From the NCBI GenBank assembly GCA_934162685.1, contig CAKPJO010000001.1, positions 96,602-138,726 of the forward strand: a DNA stretch of 42,125 bases, written 5' to 3'. The DNA is from an uncultured Bacilli bacterium (GTDB taxonomy: Bacteria > Bacillota_I > Bacilli_A > RFN20 > CAG-826). Shown piece after piece: positions 1 through 8,481 of this stretch (the first letter of the stretch is position 1; each line of letters starts with the position of its first letter). A program made the position numbers and the translations under genes. Under the pieces are notes generated by a model. It was not told the DNA's origin, did not search any database, and saw only the letters and a list, made by a program, of their open reading frames with translations.

Positions 1-282
1 TTTGTTTATAATACTTTGTGTATATATATTCTAGTATTATAATATTTAAAGTTATAATAAAAGTTTATATATACTAAGTTTTATAATAAAAAAAGAATAA
101 TACAAAGAGTATATATATAGTTAGGTATTTTATATTTGCGAAGCAAATAAAAATAAATACGGGAGCGCGGGCGTATATGCATGTGTAATATAAAATCAAG
201 GAAAACATATGTGTAAAAAATTTAAAGAAAAATCTTATTGTTTTTAAAAACTTTGCATATAATATATACAGTAGGTGATATA

Positions 283-1101
283 ATGATATTTAATTGGAAA
301 GAACATTGTCAAAAAGTTTTAAAAGATAAAGCATATGGAACATCTGATAGATGGGAAAGAAAAGAAGAGTATAAACAACAAATTGCATTATGCTGTTATC
401 TACACAAAGAACTTAAATTAAACAAAGTAAACACTTATAAAAAATGGATGAGCATTCCTAATAAGTTTAGCACTATGATTATGAATAGTGAATTAAGTGA
501 TAGAACCAAAGAATTAGAACTAAAAGAATATTTTGATAAAGTTTATGAAAAGTCTTTGAAATTTAAAATGAGAGACATTAATAAGCAATTAGAAATTTAT
601 CAAGAAGAAATAGATGCTATTAACAAACTTGAAGCAGATGAAACGTTTAGAAAATATATTTATATGCTTCTAGGAGTTTGCAAGTTCTATAACGCATATT
701 ACGGAAAGTGTTACTTAGATCATAAGTTAAGAGGTTATGCTTATGAATGTGTAAGTAACGGAAAGAAATATGGTGATTATGTTCAAACACTTGTTAACAC
801 AAATAGAAAATGTGGGCCAGTTATTATTTCTGCTAGAACTAAGATGAGAAACATTTCTAGTTTAAGTATATTAAAGACATTTGGAACTGTGACAAGAACA
901 TTCGTTACTCCTAATGATTTAATCAAATGGATTGATAAAGATATTCTAATAAGAAAAGCAATATGTCCTATATGTGGTCAAGAATATGAGGTTAATTCAA
1001 AGACTAAAAGAGATTGTTGTTTAGATTGTTGGAAAATAAAAGAGAAATTAAGAATTAAAGAATCTGTTGCTAGAAGTCGCAAGAAAAAAGAAGATGTGTA
1101 A
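283..1101 (+). CDS. hypothetical protein with C-terminal zinc ribbon and basic tail
   Basis: ORF 238..1101. The ATG at 283 follows AGGTGA, so I prefer it to the TTG at 238. C-terminus is CPICGQEYEV...CCLDCW followed by a K/R-rich tail. No family recognised. Confidence 0.55.
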   Translation: MIFNWKEHCQKVLKDKAYGTSDRWERKEEYKQQIALCCYLHKELKLNKVNTYKKWMSIPNKFSTMIMNSELSDRTKELELKEYFDKVYEKSLKFKMRDINKQLEIYQEEIDAINKLEADETFRKYIYMLLGVCKFYNAYYGKCYLDHKLRGYAYECVSNGKKYGDYVQTLVNTNRKCGPVIISARTKMRNISSLSILKTFGTVTRTFVTPNDLIKWIDKDILIRKAICPICGQEYEVNSKTKRDCCLDCWKIKEKLRIKESVARSRKKKEDV

Positions 1102-1136
1102 CGGGGAATATCCGTAAAAGTATATATGGAAAGAGA
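1097..1136 (+). repeat. copy 1 of a perfect 40-nt direct repeat (tgtaacggggaatatccgtaaaagtatatatggaaagaga)
   Basis: Character-for-character identical to 7991..8030, with weaker similarity (gagaaa-aaa-ag) for about 12 nt more. It overlaps the stop codon of the upstream ORF and lies 69 nt upstream of the 1205 start. Confidence 0.9.
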
Positions 1137-1204
1137 AGAGAAATAAAAGACGAGTTTTATTTAATTCTCTGGTTGCTAAAATAGCAGAAAAGGAGACCTA
1201 CCGA

Positions 1205-2449
1205 ATGACAAAAAAAGAATTTATAGAATATGTTGATGGTTTCGGAAAAGAAGCTGGAGAATTTACAGATGATGAATTATATCAAATTGGAGTAAAACAT
1301 AAAGAACTTCCTTTATCCGAAAAGAATTGGGACGAATTGGTTAAATTATTAGGCGTTGATAAAAAGGGTGAGGCTTTCAGAACTTGGATTAAAGCAAAAC
1401 AAAGAGAAGAAGGTACTTTACCAAAAAACGAAAAAATGATGTCTGATAGAATTATTGACGGAATGACATTTGCCGAATTTCAAGATGAGACAGATAGAAT
1501 CAAAAGGGAGCTTTACAAGCAACAAGTTAAAACAAGAGATACTTGGAATGCTTATCGCAGAGATATGAGAAGTGAAGCTCGTGAAGAAGTTTTAAAAGAT
1601 TTGATCACTGATGCGATTAAAAATATTAAACCAGAAAAGATGTTTACTATTCCTAATGAAATCAAAGAGAATTCAAATGGGGAAGCGGTACTATTGGTAT
1701 CTGATTGGCATATTGGTGTAACAGTTGATAATTTCTATAATAAGTTCAATCTTGAGATTGCAAAGCACCGTATTGCAAAATTAACACAAGACGCTATTAG
1801 ATATTGCAGACTTCACCAAGTTAAAAGATTATCTATTTTAAACTTAGGAGATTGTATTGCTGGAAACATTCATATTACAGGAAGATTAGAACAACAAATG
1901 GATGTTGTTGAACAAGTTATAGTAGCATCTGAGTTAATGGGTACTATGCTTCTTGAATTAAGAAAAGCTGCTCCTGAAATTATTTATTATAGTTGTCCTG
2001 GTAATCACGAAAGAATTACTGCTAATTTAAAAGAATCATTAGATTCGGAAAATTATTCTCGTATTATGGACTTCTATTTACGAGCAAGGTTAAAAGATTG
2101 CGGAATAGAAATGAGAGAAGATAATGTAAATCCAGAAATTGGTGTTATTCGTTTAATGAACGGAAAAGTTGGAGTATTCCAACATGGCCATCACGGAAGT
2201 TTTAATACAGTATTTCAAGATATGGTATGTTATTTGGGTGAAAAGATTGATTATGGCTTTGTTGGACACTTCCATAGTGAAAAATTAAAGACATTACACG
2301 ATTTCAAGTTATTTACAAATGCAAGTTTGGTTGGAATGGATGATTATGCTTTCCAAAAAAGATTATTTTCTAAGCCAGCACAATCATTGTTAGTATTTGA
2401 TGAAAATAATGTTATTAATCATAGTATTAACTTAGATATTCAAGATTAA
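1205..2449 (+). CDS. calcineurin-like metallophosphoesterase
   Basis: AAGGAG RBS. The ordered metallophosphoesterase motifs are visible: LLVSDWHIG (DxH), NLGDCIAG (GD), PGNHER (GNHE), QHGHHG, VGHFHS (GHxH). Confidence 0.7.
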   Translation: MTKKEFIEYVDGFGKEAGEFTDDELYQIGVKHKELPLSEKNWDELVKLLGVDKKGEAFRTWIKAKQREEGTLPKNEKMMSDRIIDGMTFAEFQDETDRIKRELYKQQVKTRDTWNAYRRDMRSEAREEVLKDLITDAIKNIKPEKMFTIPNEIKENSNGEAVLLVSDWHIGVTVDNFYNKFNLEIAKHRIAKLTQDAIRYCRLHQVKRLSILNLGDCIAGNIHITGRLEQQMDVVEQVIVASELMGTMLLELRKAAPEIIYYSCPGNHERITANLKESLDSENYSRIMDFYLRARLKDCGIEMREDNVNPEIGVIRLMNGKVGVFQHGHHGSFNTVFQDMVCYLGEKIDYGFVGHFHSEKLKTLHDFKLFTNASLVGMDDYAFQKRLFSKPAQSLLVFDENNVINHSINLDIQD

Positions 2450-2472
2450 AATATAAAGCGAGGCAAAAGGTT

Positions 2473-2802
2473 ATGATAAAAGAAAAATTAAGAAAAGCAA
2501 TTGAAGAAATGGCTATAGATAGTGAAGAAGAAGTTTTATTCTTAGATAATCCTTCTTTTGATAAATCTATCATCGGGATAACAAATGATTTTAGATTAAT
2601 TTACGATTTGGATAAAATGATTGAAGAATTAATGGAAGATGATCAAATTGATTATGAAGACGCAATTGACTTTATTGATCATAATACATTATTAGCCATT
2701 CCTTATTTTGGGGAACAAGCTCCTATTATAAAAATGAGTTTTGCACCCTATTATGATGAAGAAGAGGAGGACGATATGAATGGCAACAAAAAGAAAGACT
2801 AG
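2473..2802 (+). CDS. small acidic hypothetical protein
   Basis: 109-aa ORF with an RBS and an acidic C-terminus (YDEEEEDD). Its end overlaps the next gene, which suggests translational coupling. Confidence 0.5.
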   Translation: MIKEKLRKAIEEMAIDSEEEVLFLDNPSFDKSIIGITNDFRLIYDLDKMIEELMEDDQIDYEDAIDFIDHNTLLAIPYFGEQAPIIKMSFAPYYDEEEEDDMNGNKKKD

Positions 2803-3991
2803 TACTGCTGCTTCAAAAAAGAAATCCTCTACAACAACAAGTACAGGAACTGCAAAAATAAAACTAGATAAAGACGGCATAGATAGTTTTCCAGAACCTT
2901 CTTTAGGCGGTCCAGTAATCCCAAAAATAGGGATAGATTTAGAAAAATTCAAATGTGTTGTTCCTTCAGAATCATCAAGGCAGGAATTTATAAGATATCT
3001 TCATAATTATCCAGATGACAAAGAAAATTACGAAAAAGCAATGTTTGAATATTGCTTTTATCACAACGTATTCTTTGATAGTAGAGTACTAAAAGCAGTA
3101 TTAGGTAATAGAGAAGATGAAATTATGAATAAGTTGCCTGATATTTATACAGCTGTAATTAATCAGACTGATAGATACATTGGTTTAAATTTCTTCGGAC
3201 AATTAAAAATGGAAAATTTTGAAAAATTGTACAGTGAAGATTTAAGCTTATTAGCATTAACCGAAGAAGATAAGAAAAACAGACAACAAGTTATTGCCAT
3301 TATGGGTTACGATCCATTTAAAGATGCTCAAGATGACGATAGACCTCAACTGTATAGAGATCTTAACGGTTTACTTACAGAAGGTATGAGAAAAGATGTT
3401 GCTAAACAAAAAGCGGCTGTACAAGTCTGTCAAAACTATTGTACTTTGTCTAAATATCAAAAGAAAATTATGGACTTGATGAATAGTGAACAATTAGATG
3501 CTGAAACTCAAAAGAATATTGATAATCTTCAAAGTATGGTTGGTAAAATTCAACAAATTATTAATGGTACCACTAAAGAAAATGGTTTTACTTCAAGTAA
3601 GTCAATTGGTAATAACGGGAAGGGTATGTTATCAGATGTAATGAATCAAGTTGAAACAGATTTCATAGACGAAGGAATTACCAATTATTATGATATTGCC
3701 ACAAGTAAATCAATTGGTGAAGTGGCTAATATTAGTTGGAAGGCTATGTTAAATCAATTAAGATTAACTCAAACAGATTATGTTGATATATTATCTCAAC
3801 AAGCAGAGTTGGTACATAAAGCACAAGATCAAGCAAGAAAAGCCACTGAAGCATTACGCTTGGCGAAAGAAAAAATCACAAAACAAAGATTACTTGAAGA
3901 ATTGGCTGCAGACTATCGTAAAAAAGGTATTAGTGAAGAAGAAATTGATGAATTTATTAGCCGTGAATATAATTTATGGGATGGAAAATAA
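2780..3991 (+). CDS. hypothetical protein (position compatible with a packaging accessory or small terminase-like role, unproven)
   Basis: GAGGAGG RBS 10 nt upstream. K/S/T-rich N-terminus and a coiled-coil-like C-terminus. It is the last conserved-looking gene before the endonuclease insertion and the large terminase. Confidence 0.5.
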   Translation: MATKRKTSTAASKKKSSTTTSTGTAKIKLDKDGIDSFPEPSLGGPVIPKIGIDLEKFKCVVPSESSRQEFIRYLHNYPDDKENYEKAMFEYCFYHNVFFDSRVLKAVLGNREDEIMNKLPDIYTAVINQTDRYIGLNFFGQLKMENFEKLYSEDLSLLALTEEDKKNRQQVIAIMGYDPFKDAQDDDRPQLYRDLNGLLTEGMRKDVAKQKAAVQVCQNYCTLSKYQKKIMDLMNSEQLDAETQKNIDNLQSMVGKIQQIINGTTKENGFTSSKSIGNNGKGMLSDVMNQVETDFIDEGITNYYDIATSKSIGEVANISWKAMLNQLRLTQTDYVDILSQQAELVHKAQDQARKATEALRLAKEKITKQRLLEELAADYRKKGISEEEIDEFISREYNLWDGK

Positions 3992-3999
3992 AAAAATTC

Positions 4000-4027
4000 T
4001 TGACAAATTTAAATGTTAGTATATAAT
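4000..4027 (+). promoter_or_regulatory. sigma70/sigmaA-type consensus promoter (TTGACA-16 nt-TATAAT)
   Basis: TTGACA at 4000-4005 and TATAAT at 4022-4027. A 5' leader follows, with an 8-bp hairpin (GGGGCAAA/TTTGTCCC, 4065-4087) ahead of the 4118 start. Confidence 0.6.
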
Positions 4028-4117
4028 AATAGTGTGGAACAAAGTATATAGTAATACGATAAATGGGGCAAAAAACAAATTTGTCCCGATGCTCGCAAAA
4101 AGGAAGGTGGCGTAATT

Positions 4118-5935
4118 ATGAAATGTACAATGGAACAAAATATTTTATCAGGACGTTATCCTTCTAAGGAAAATATTTACGAAGATTACGTAAAAAACAA
4201 ATTGTCTAAAACAGAAGTTTGTTTAAAATATAATTTGAGTTCTACTACTTTTACTAGACTTATTAATTATTATGGAATTAGCAAAACAAATGATAAAAAA
4301 ATTATTTATCCTCCGAAAGAAAAATTTTATAATTTTTATATCGTTGAAAATCATAGTGTTGAAGAGACATTAAGAGAGTTTCCAGAATTTCATGAAAATA
4401 GAAGTAATATTACTAATTGTTGTAATTATTATGGAATTTGTAAAAATAATCAGCAAAGGTTATTGGTAAGGATGAAAGGTAGAAAAAAATGGCATCCTGT
4501 AATAACACGAGAAGATATTGAAAAACAATATTTGGAAAATAATTTTTCACAAAAGGATGTTGCTGATAATTTTAATATTTCTATTTCTGAATTAAATAAA
4601 TATTTAAGTTATTATAATATCATAAAGCCTTTAGATAAAATAATTAATCAAAGGAAAAAGACAAATTTACAAAAATTCGGATGCGAAGTTCCTATTCAAA
4701 ATAAAGAAATTTTAGGCAAAGTAAAAAAAACAAATTTACAAAAATATGGTTATGAATACGCTAGTCAAAGTCCTATAATACAAGAGAGAATTGCAGAATC
4801 TAATCTGAAAAAATTCGGGGCTGTTTCATATTTAATTTCAGAAGAAGGTAAAAAACATATTGCTGAGATTAATAAAGAAAAGTTTGGACACAAAGTATAT
4901 AATTTGAGTAATAGAGAACATCTTTTGTTAACAACACAGCAATTATTAGCGGATATAAATTCTTTTAAAAAATATTTATTAAATTTTGAACAAAAGTTGA
5001 ATAGAAAACCATATATTTATGAAATTGCAGAAGACTTAAAGTATGCATATACTTCTACTGTTCAATATATAAATCGTAATGGATTGAATGATTATGTTTC
5101 TCATCAATATTGTACTTCACAAGGTGAAAAAGAAATATGCACGTGGTTAGAACAAAATCAAATAAAATATCATTGTAATGTTAGAGATGTTTTACCAAGT
5201 GGATTAGAGTTGGATATTTATTGTCCTGATTATAAAATAGCAATAGAATATAATGGCACATATTGGCACAGTTCTGAATGTAAAAATATGACATACCATT
5301 ATAAAAAAAGTAAAGAAGCACAAAATTTGGGAATTCGATTAATTCATATTTATGAATACGAATGGAAAGATGAATTAATGCGTGAAAAAATTAAATCGAT
5401 TTTGAAAATGGCATTTGGAAAAGTTGATAATAAAATATTTGCTAGAAAATGCGATATTAAGCAAATTTCTGATAAAGAAGCAAAAGAACTAAACAATCAT
5501 TATCATTTGCAAAATCATCGTTGTGCGAAAGTAACATACGGTTTATATTATAATGATAAATTAATTCAAATTATGAGTTTTAGTTCTTCTAAATATAATC
5601 GTAATTTAAAATCTGATAAAGATTGGGAAATAATTCGTAGTTGTTCTGTTCCAGATGTTATGATTATTGGTGGAGTTAGTAAACTTATTAATCATTTTAT
5701 AAAAGATTATAATCCTGAGAATATCTTTACATATTGTGATTTTAATAAATTTGATGGACGTTCGTATGAAAAAGCTGGTATGCAATATATAGGAGATTCT
5801 CAACCAGATTTAAAATGGGTGATAAATGGAAAAGTTTATAATAGAAATCCTAGTAATCATAAAGAAATGAAAGCCGCAGCTGATTATTGTATTTATGGCG
5901 CTGGCTCTAAAAAATATTTATGGACAAGAAATTAA
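4118..5935 (+). CDS. free-standing homing-endonuclease-like protein (HTH repeats + PD-(D/E)XK Vsr/DUF559-like nuclease core + C-terminal Hef-like domain)
   Basis: Three N-terminal HTH-like repeats each end in NYYGI/SYYNI. Four repeats of about 25 aa follow (KKTNLQKFG / KKTNLQKYG / ESNLKKFG / INKEKFG). The nuclease core is GLELDIYCPDYKIAIEYNGTYWHS. The gene has its own promoter and sits directly upstream of the large terminase. Confidence 0.6.
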   Translation: MKCTMEQNILSGRYPSKENIYEDYVKNKLSKTEVCLKYNLSSTTFTRLINYYGISKTNDKKIIYPPKEKFYNFYIVENHSVEETLREFPEFHENRSNITNCCNYYGICKNNQQRLLVRMKGRKKWHPVITREDIEKQYLENNFSQKDVADNFNISISELNKYLSYYNIIKPLDKIINQRKKTNLQKFGCEVPIQNKEILGKVKKTNLQKYGYEYASQSPIIQERIAESNLKKFGAVSYLISEEGKKHIAEINKEKFGHKVYNLSNREHLLLTTQQLLADINSFKKYLLNFEQKLNRKPYIYEIAEDLKYAYTSTVQYINRNGLNDYVSHQYCTSQGEKEICTWLEQNQIKYHCNVRDVLPSGLELDIYCPDYKIAIEYNGTYWHSSECKNMTYHYKKSKEAQNLGIRLIHIYEYEWKDELMREKIKSILKMAFGKVDNKIFARKCDIKQISDKEAKELNNHYHLQNHRCAKVTYGLYYNDKLIQIMSFSSSKYNRNLKSDKDWEIIRSCSVPDVMIIGGVSKLINHFIKDYNPENIFTYCDFNKFDGRSYEKAGMQYIGDSQPDLKWVINGKVYNRNPSNHKEMKAAADYCIYGAGSKKYLWTRN

Positions 5936-5982
5936 TTCTTGTTCATTTTTTATATAGTCTGAAAGGAGAGTGAAAAGGCAAT

Positions 5983-7917
5983 ATGATAAGTGTATACGGT
6001 CAGAAAACGGATTGTGGCGTAACAATTCGTGAAGCTGAATCTATAAAAAGATATGTAGCATTAATTCAATGGGGTAGGAAAAATCCTGTTCAGTTTGTTG
6101 AAAAAATTTTGCAAATATCTTTGATTGATTATCAAAAATGGTTGATAGCTATGTCTTGGGATAAAGAATATGTTGTCTGGGCTTGTAGTCGAAATGCGGG
6201 TAAATCATTTTTGGTGAGTATTATTATGTTAGCAAGGTCTTTGTTATTTCCTAAAACAAAGATTCATATATTATCTGTTGCTGCAAAACAAGCAATGGAT
6301 ACTTTTAGTACAATGGAATCTATTGCTAAAAATCAAGTTAAAACTTTAATTAGTGATAACAGTGTCTTTAGAGATGAAATAGTAAAAATGAAATCTGATT
6401 CAGATGGATTCACACACGATGCTAAAAAAGGAAGTAATGTAACACTTTTAAACGGATCTTTCATTCAATCGGTTTCTGGTACAGCTAAAACTGTAAGAGG
6501 TAAGAGATCTAATCTAAATGTGTACGATGAGGCTGGCTTTATTTCCAAAGAATTTTTTGACGTTACCGAACCATTCTGTACTCAAAGTTCAGAGTTTAAA
6601 ACTGGTGCGAATTACGATCCAGAAGTGTATCCAAAGGAAATACCAAACCTAAGATTATATGTAGGATCAGCATCAGATACAAACTCATTGTTTTATGCAA
6701 AATATAAAGAAGGCGTGAAGCAAATGATAGCAGGTAATGATAAATATTTCGTTGCTGACTTGAATTGTGAAATGCCATTGCATCCAACAATGAATGGTAA
6801 ACCTTATGGTGCATTATTATCACAAGATGAAATTGACCGTAAGATGAGAGAAAATGAAATTATAGCATTAAGAGAATACTATAATATATTCGATAGATTT
6901 GATTTAGAAGATTCTGTTGTAACACGAAGTGATATAATGGATAATGAAAAGATATATTTACCATCTTGTACTTGGGGTGGTAAGAAACATAAATATGTAA
7001 TTGCATATGACCCTGCTGCAAAGAGCGATAATGCTCCTGTATTGGTTACGGATATTATAGAAAGGGAAGACGGTACCATTGGTGCAAGATTTGTACATAT
7101 GGAAAACTTAATTACAGTTTATGGCGATGGTTCTAAGAGACCTATGAAGATAGAAGATCAAGTACAAAGAATTAGAGAAATGATTTATGATTATAACGGA
7201 CGTGATAACACGGCTCCGTATGATAATATTATGTTCCTCCTTGATGCTGGTACAGGTGGAAACGCCCCCGCTATTGCTCAAATGTTGTGTAAAGAATGGA
7301 CAGATAAGACAGGAAAAGTACATCCTGGTTTATATGATGAAAATTCTAAAGACATGAAAAGATGGGCAGAAGCAAATCCTAAGGCAATCAAAGGAAGAAT
7401 GTGGTTAGTAGAACCAACAAAATACAGAAATATGATGTTTGATGCGACACATAGACTTGTGCAATCAGGAATTGTAGAATTTCCTCCTCAATGTCCTAAA
7501 TACGATACTTTAGTTCTTGAAGATGGGACCGAACGTAAGTTAAGTAAAACAGAAATGGCTTCATTGATTCAAATGGATTTAATGAAAGAAGAAATGGTAT
7601 ATATGACAAGATTTAAAACACCAAAAGGTGTTGTGACATATGGACTTCCTCCAGAAAAAGCAAGAAAGATGCACGATGATAGAAACTATGTTGCGGTTAT
7701 GACTTTACTTTATATAGATAAATTAAGAGCCGAAGGAGGATTAGGAGAACCTGCAGCTGTAGATTTTTCTGCGTTCTTTGAAGCTCCTAAAACTTATGAA
7801 CAAGTCAAGAAAGAATTGCCTGAAGCAGATAGTGGATGGACTAATATGATGGGAGGACGTTCTGGAAGGAGAATTAGTAATAATTCTCCTTTTAAAGGTA
7901 ATAATCCGTTTAGATAA
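5983..7917 (+). CDS. terL: terminase large subunit
   Basis: 644 aa. Walker A-like ACSRNAGKS and Walker B-like LNVYDEAGF, followed by a C-terminal nuclease-like region. It lies immediately upstream of the portal-sized gene. Confidence 0.85.
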   Translation: MISVYGQKTDCGVTIREAESIKRYVALIQWGRKNPVQFVEKILQISLIDYQKWLIAMSWDKEYVVWACSRNAGKSFLVSIIMLARSLLFPKTKIHILSVAAKQAMDTFSTMESIAKNQVKTLISDNSVFRDEIVKMKSDSDGFTHDAKKGSNVTLLNGSFIQSVSGTAKTVRGKRSNLNVYDEAGFISKEFFDVTEPFCTQSSEFKTGANYDPEVYPKEIPNLRLYVGSASDTNSLFYAKYKEGVKQMIAGNDKYFVADLNCEMPLHPTMNGKPYGALLSQDEIDRKMRENEIIALREYYNIFDRFDLEDSVVTRSDIMDNEKIYLPSCTWGGKKHKYVIAYDPAAKSDNAPVLVTDIIEREDGTIGARFVHMENLITVYGDGSKRPMKIEDQVQRIREMIYDYNGRDNTAPYDNIMFLLDAGTGGNAPAIAQMLCKEWTDKTGKVHPGLYDENSKDMKRWAEANPKAIKGRMWLVEPTKYRNMMFDATHRLVQSGIVEFPPQCPKYDTLVLEDGTERKLSKTEMASLIQMDLMKEEMVYMTRFKTPKGVVTYGLPPEKARKMHDDRNYVAVMTLLYIDKLRAEGGLGEPAAVDFSAFFEAPKTYEQVKKELPEADSGWTNMMGGRSGRRISNNSPFKGNNPFR

Positions 7918-7928
7918 AAAATACAAAA

Positions 7929-7985
7929 ATGTCGATTGTTAAATTTAGTCATTTTGAAAAAGTGGCTTACAATCGGCATTTTTTT
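7929..7985 (+). terminator. candidate rho-independent terminator (long hairpin + T-run)
   Basis: ATGTCGATTGT (7929-7939) pairs with ACAATCGGCAT (7969-7979) as 11 bp including one G.U, followed by a T-run at 7980-7985. The loop is unusually large (29 nt). Confidence 0.4.
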
Positions 7986-7990
7986 AATTA

Positions 7991-8030
7991 TGTAACGGGG
8001 AATATCCGTAAAAGTATATATGGAAAGAGA
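7991..8030 (+). repeat. copy 2 of the perfect 40-nt direct repeat
   Basis: Identical to 1097..1136. It lies just after the candidate terminator and 48 nt upstream of the 8078 start. Confidence 0.9.
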
Positions 8031-8077
8031 GAGAAAAAATAGAAATTTTTTCCTCGTTGTGAAAGGAGTTAAAAAGG

Positions 8078-8461
8078 ATGATTTGTTGTAAAATAATGAC
8101 AAATTATAGCGACAAAAATGCTCAGTTTTCTTTGTTGCTAAAAAAATTAGAAAAGCTAGGAGATATCTTATGTGCTAATGGAAGTTTATTCTTTAGTTCT
8201 GAAGATATATCAGTTACAAGTAAGACAATAAAGAGAGCGTTTAAAAGCAGTGGTTATAATGATTGTTATGTTATGGAATACACAAAAGAAAACGCTCCTC
8301 AAGAAGACGATGATACAAATAGATGGCTAAATGATCATTTAGTTCATAATTCGTTTAAAGAATATGAAAGAGTGAATCAAAAAGCATTAAAAGACATTAG
8401 TCAAAAATTAACAGAACTTGATAAGTTTGTAAATGAAATGTCTGAAAATCAAGCAAAATAA
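8078..8461 (+). CDS. hypothetical protein
   Basis: 127-aa ORF with an AAAGGAG RBS. No family recognised. Confidence 0.55.
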   Translation: MICCKIMTNYSDKNAQFSLLLKKLEKLGDILCANGSLFFSSEDISVTSKTIKRAFKSSGYNDCYVMEYTKENAPQEDDDTNRWLNDHLVHNSFKEYERVNQKALKDISQKLTELDKFVNEMSENQAK

Positions 8462-8481
8462 AAAAAGGAGGTCTTGACAGA

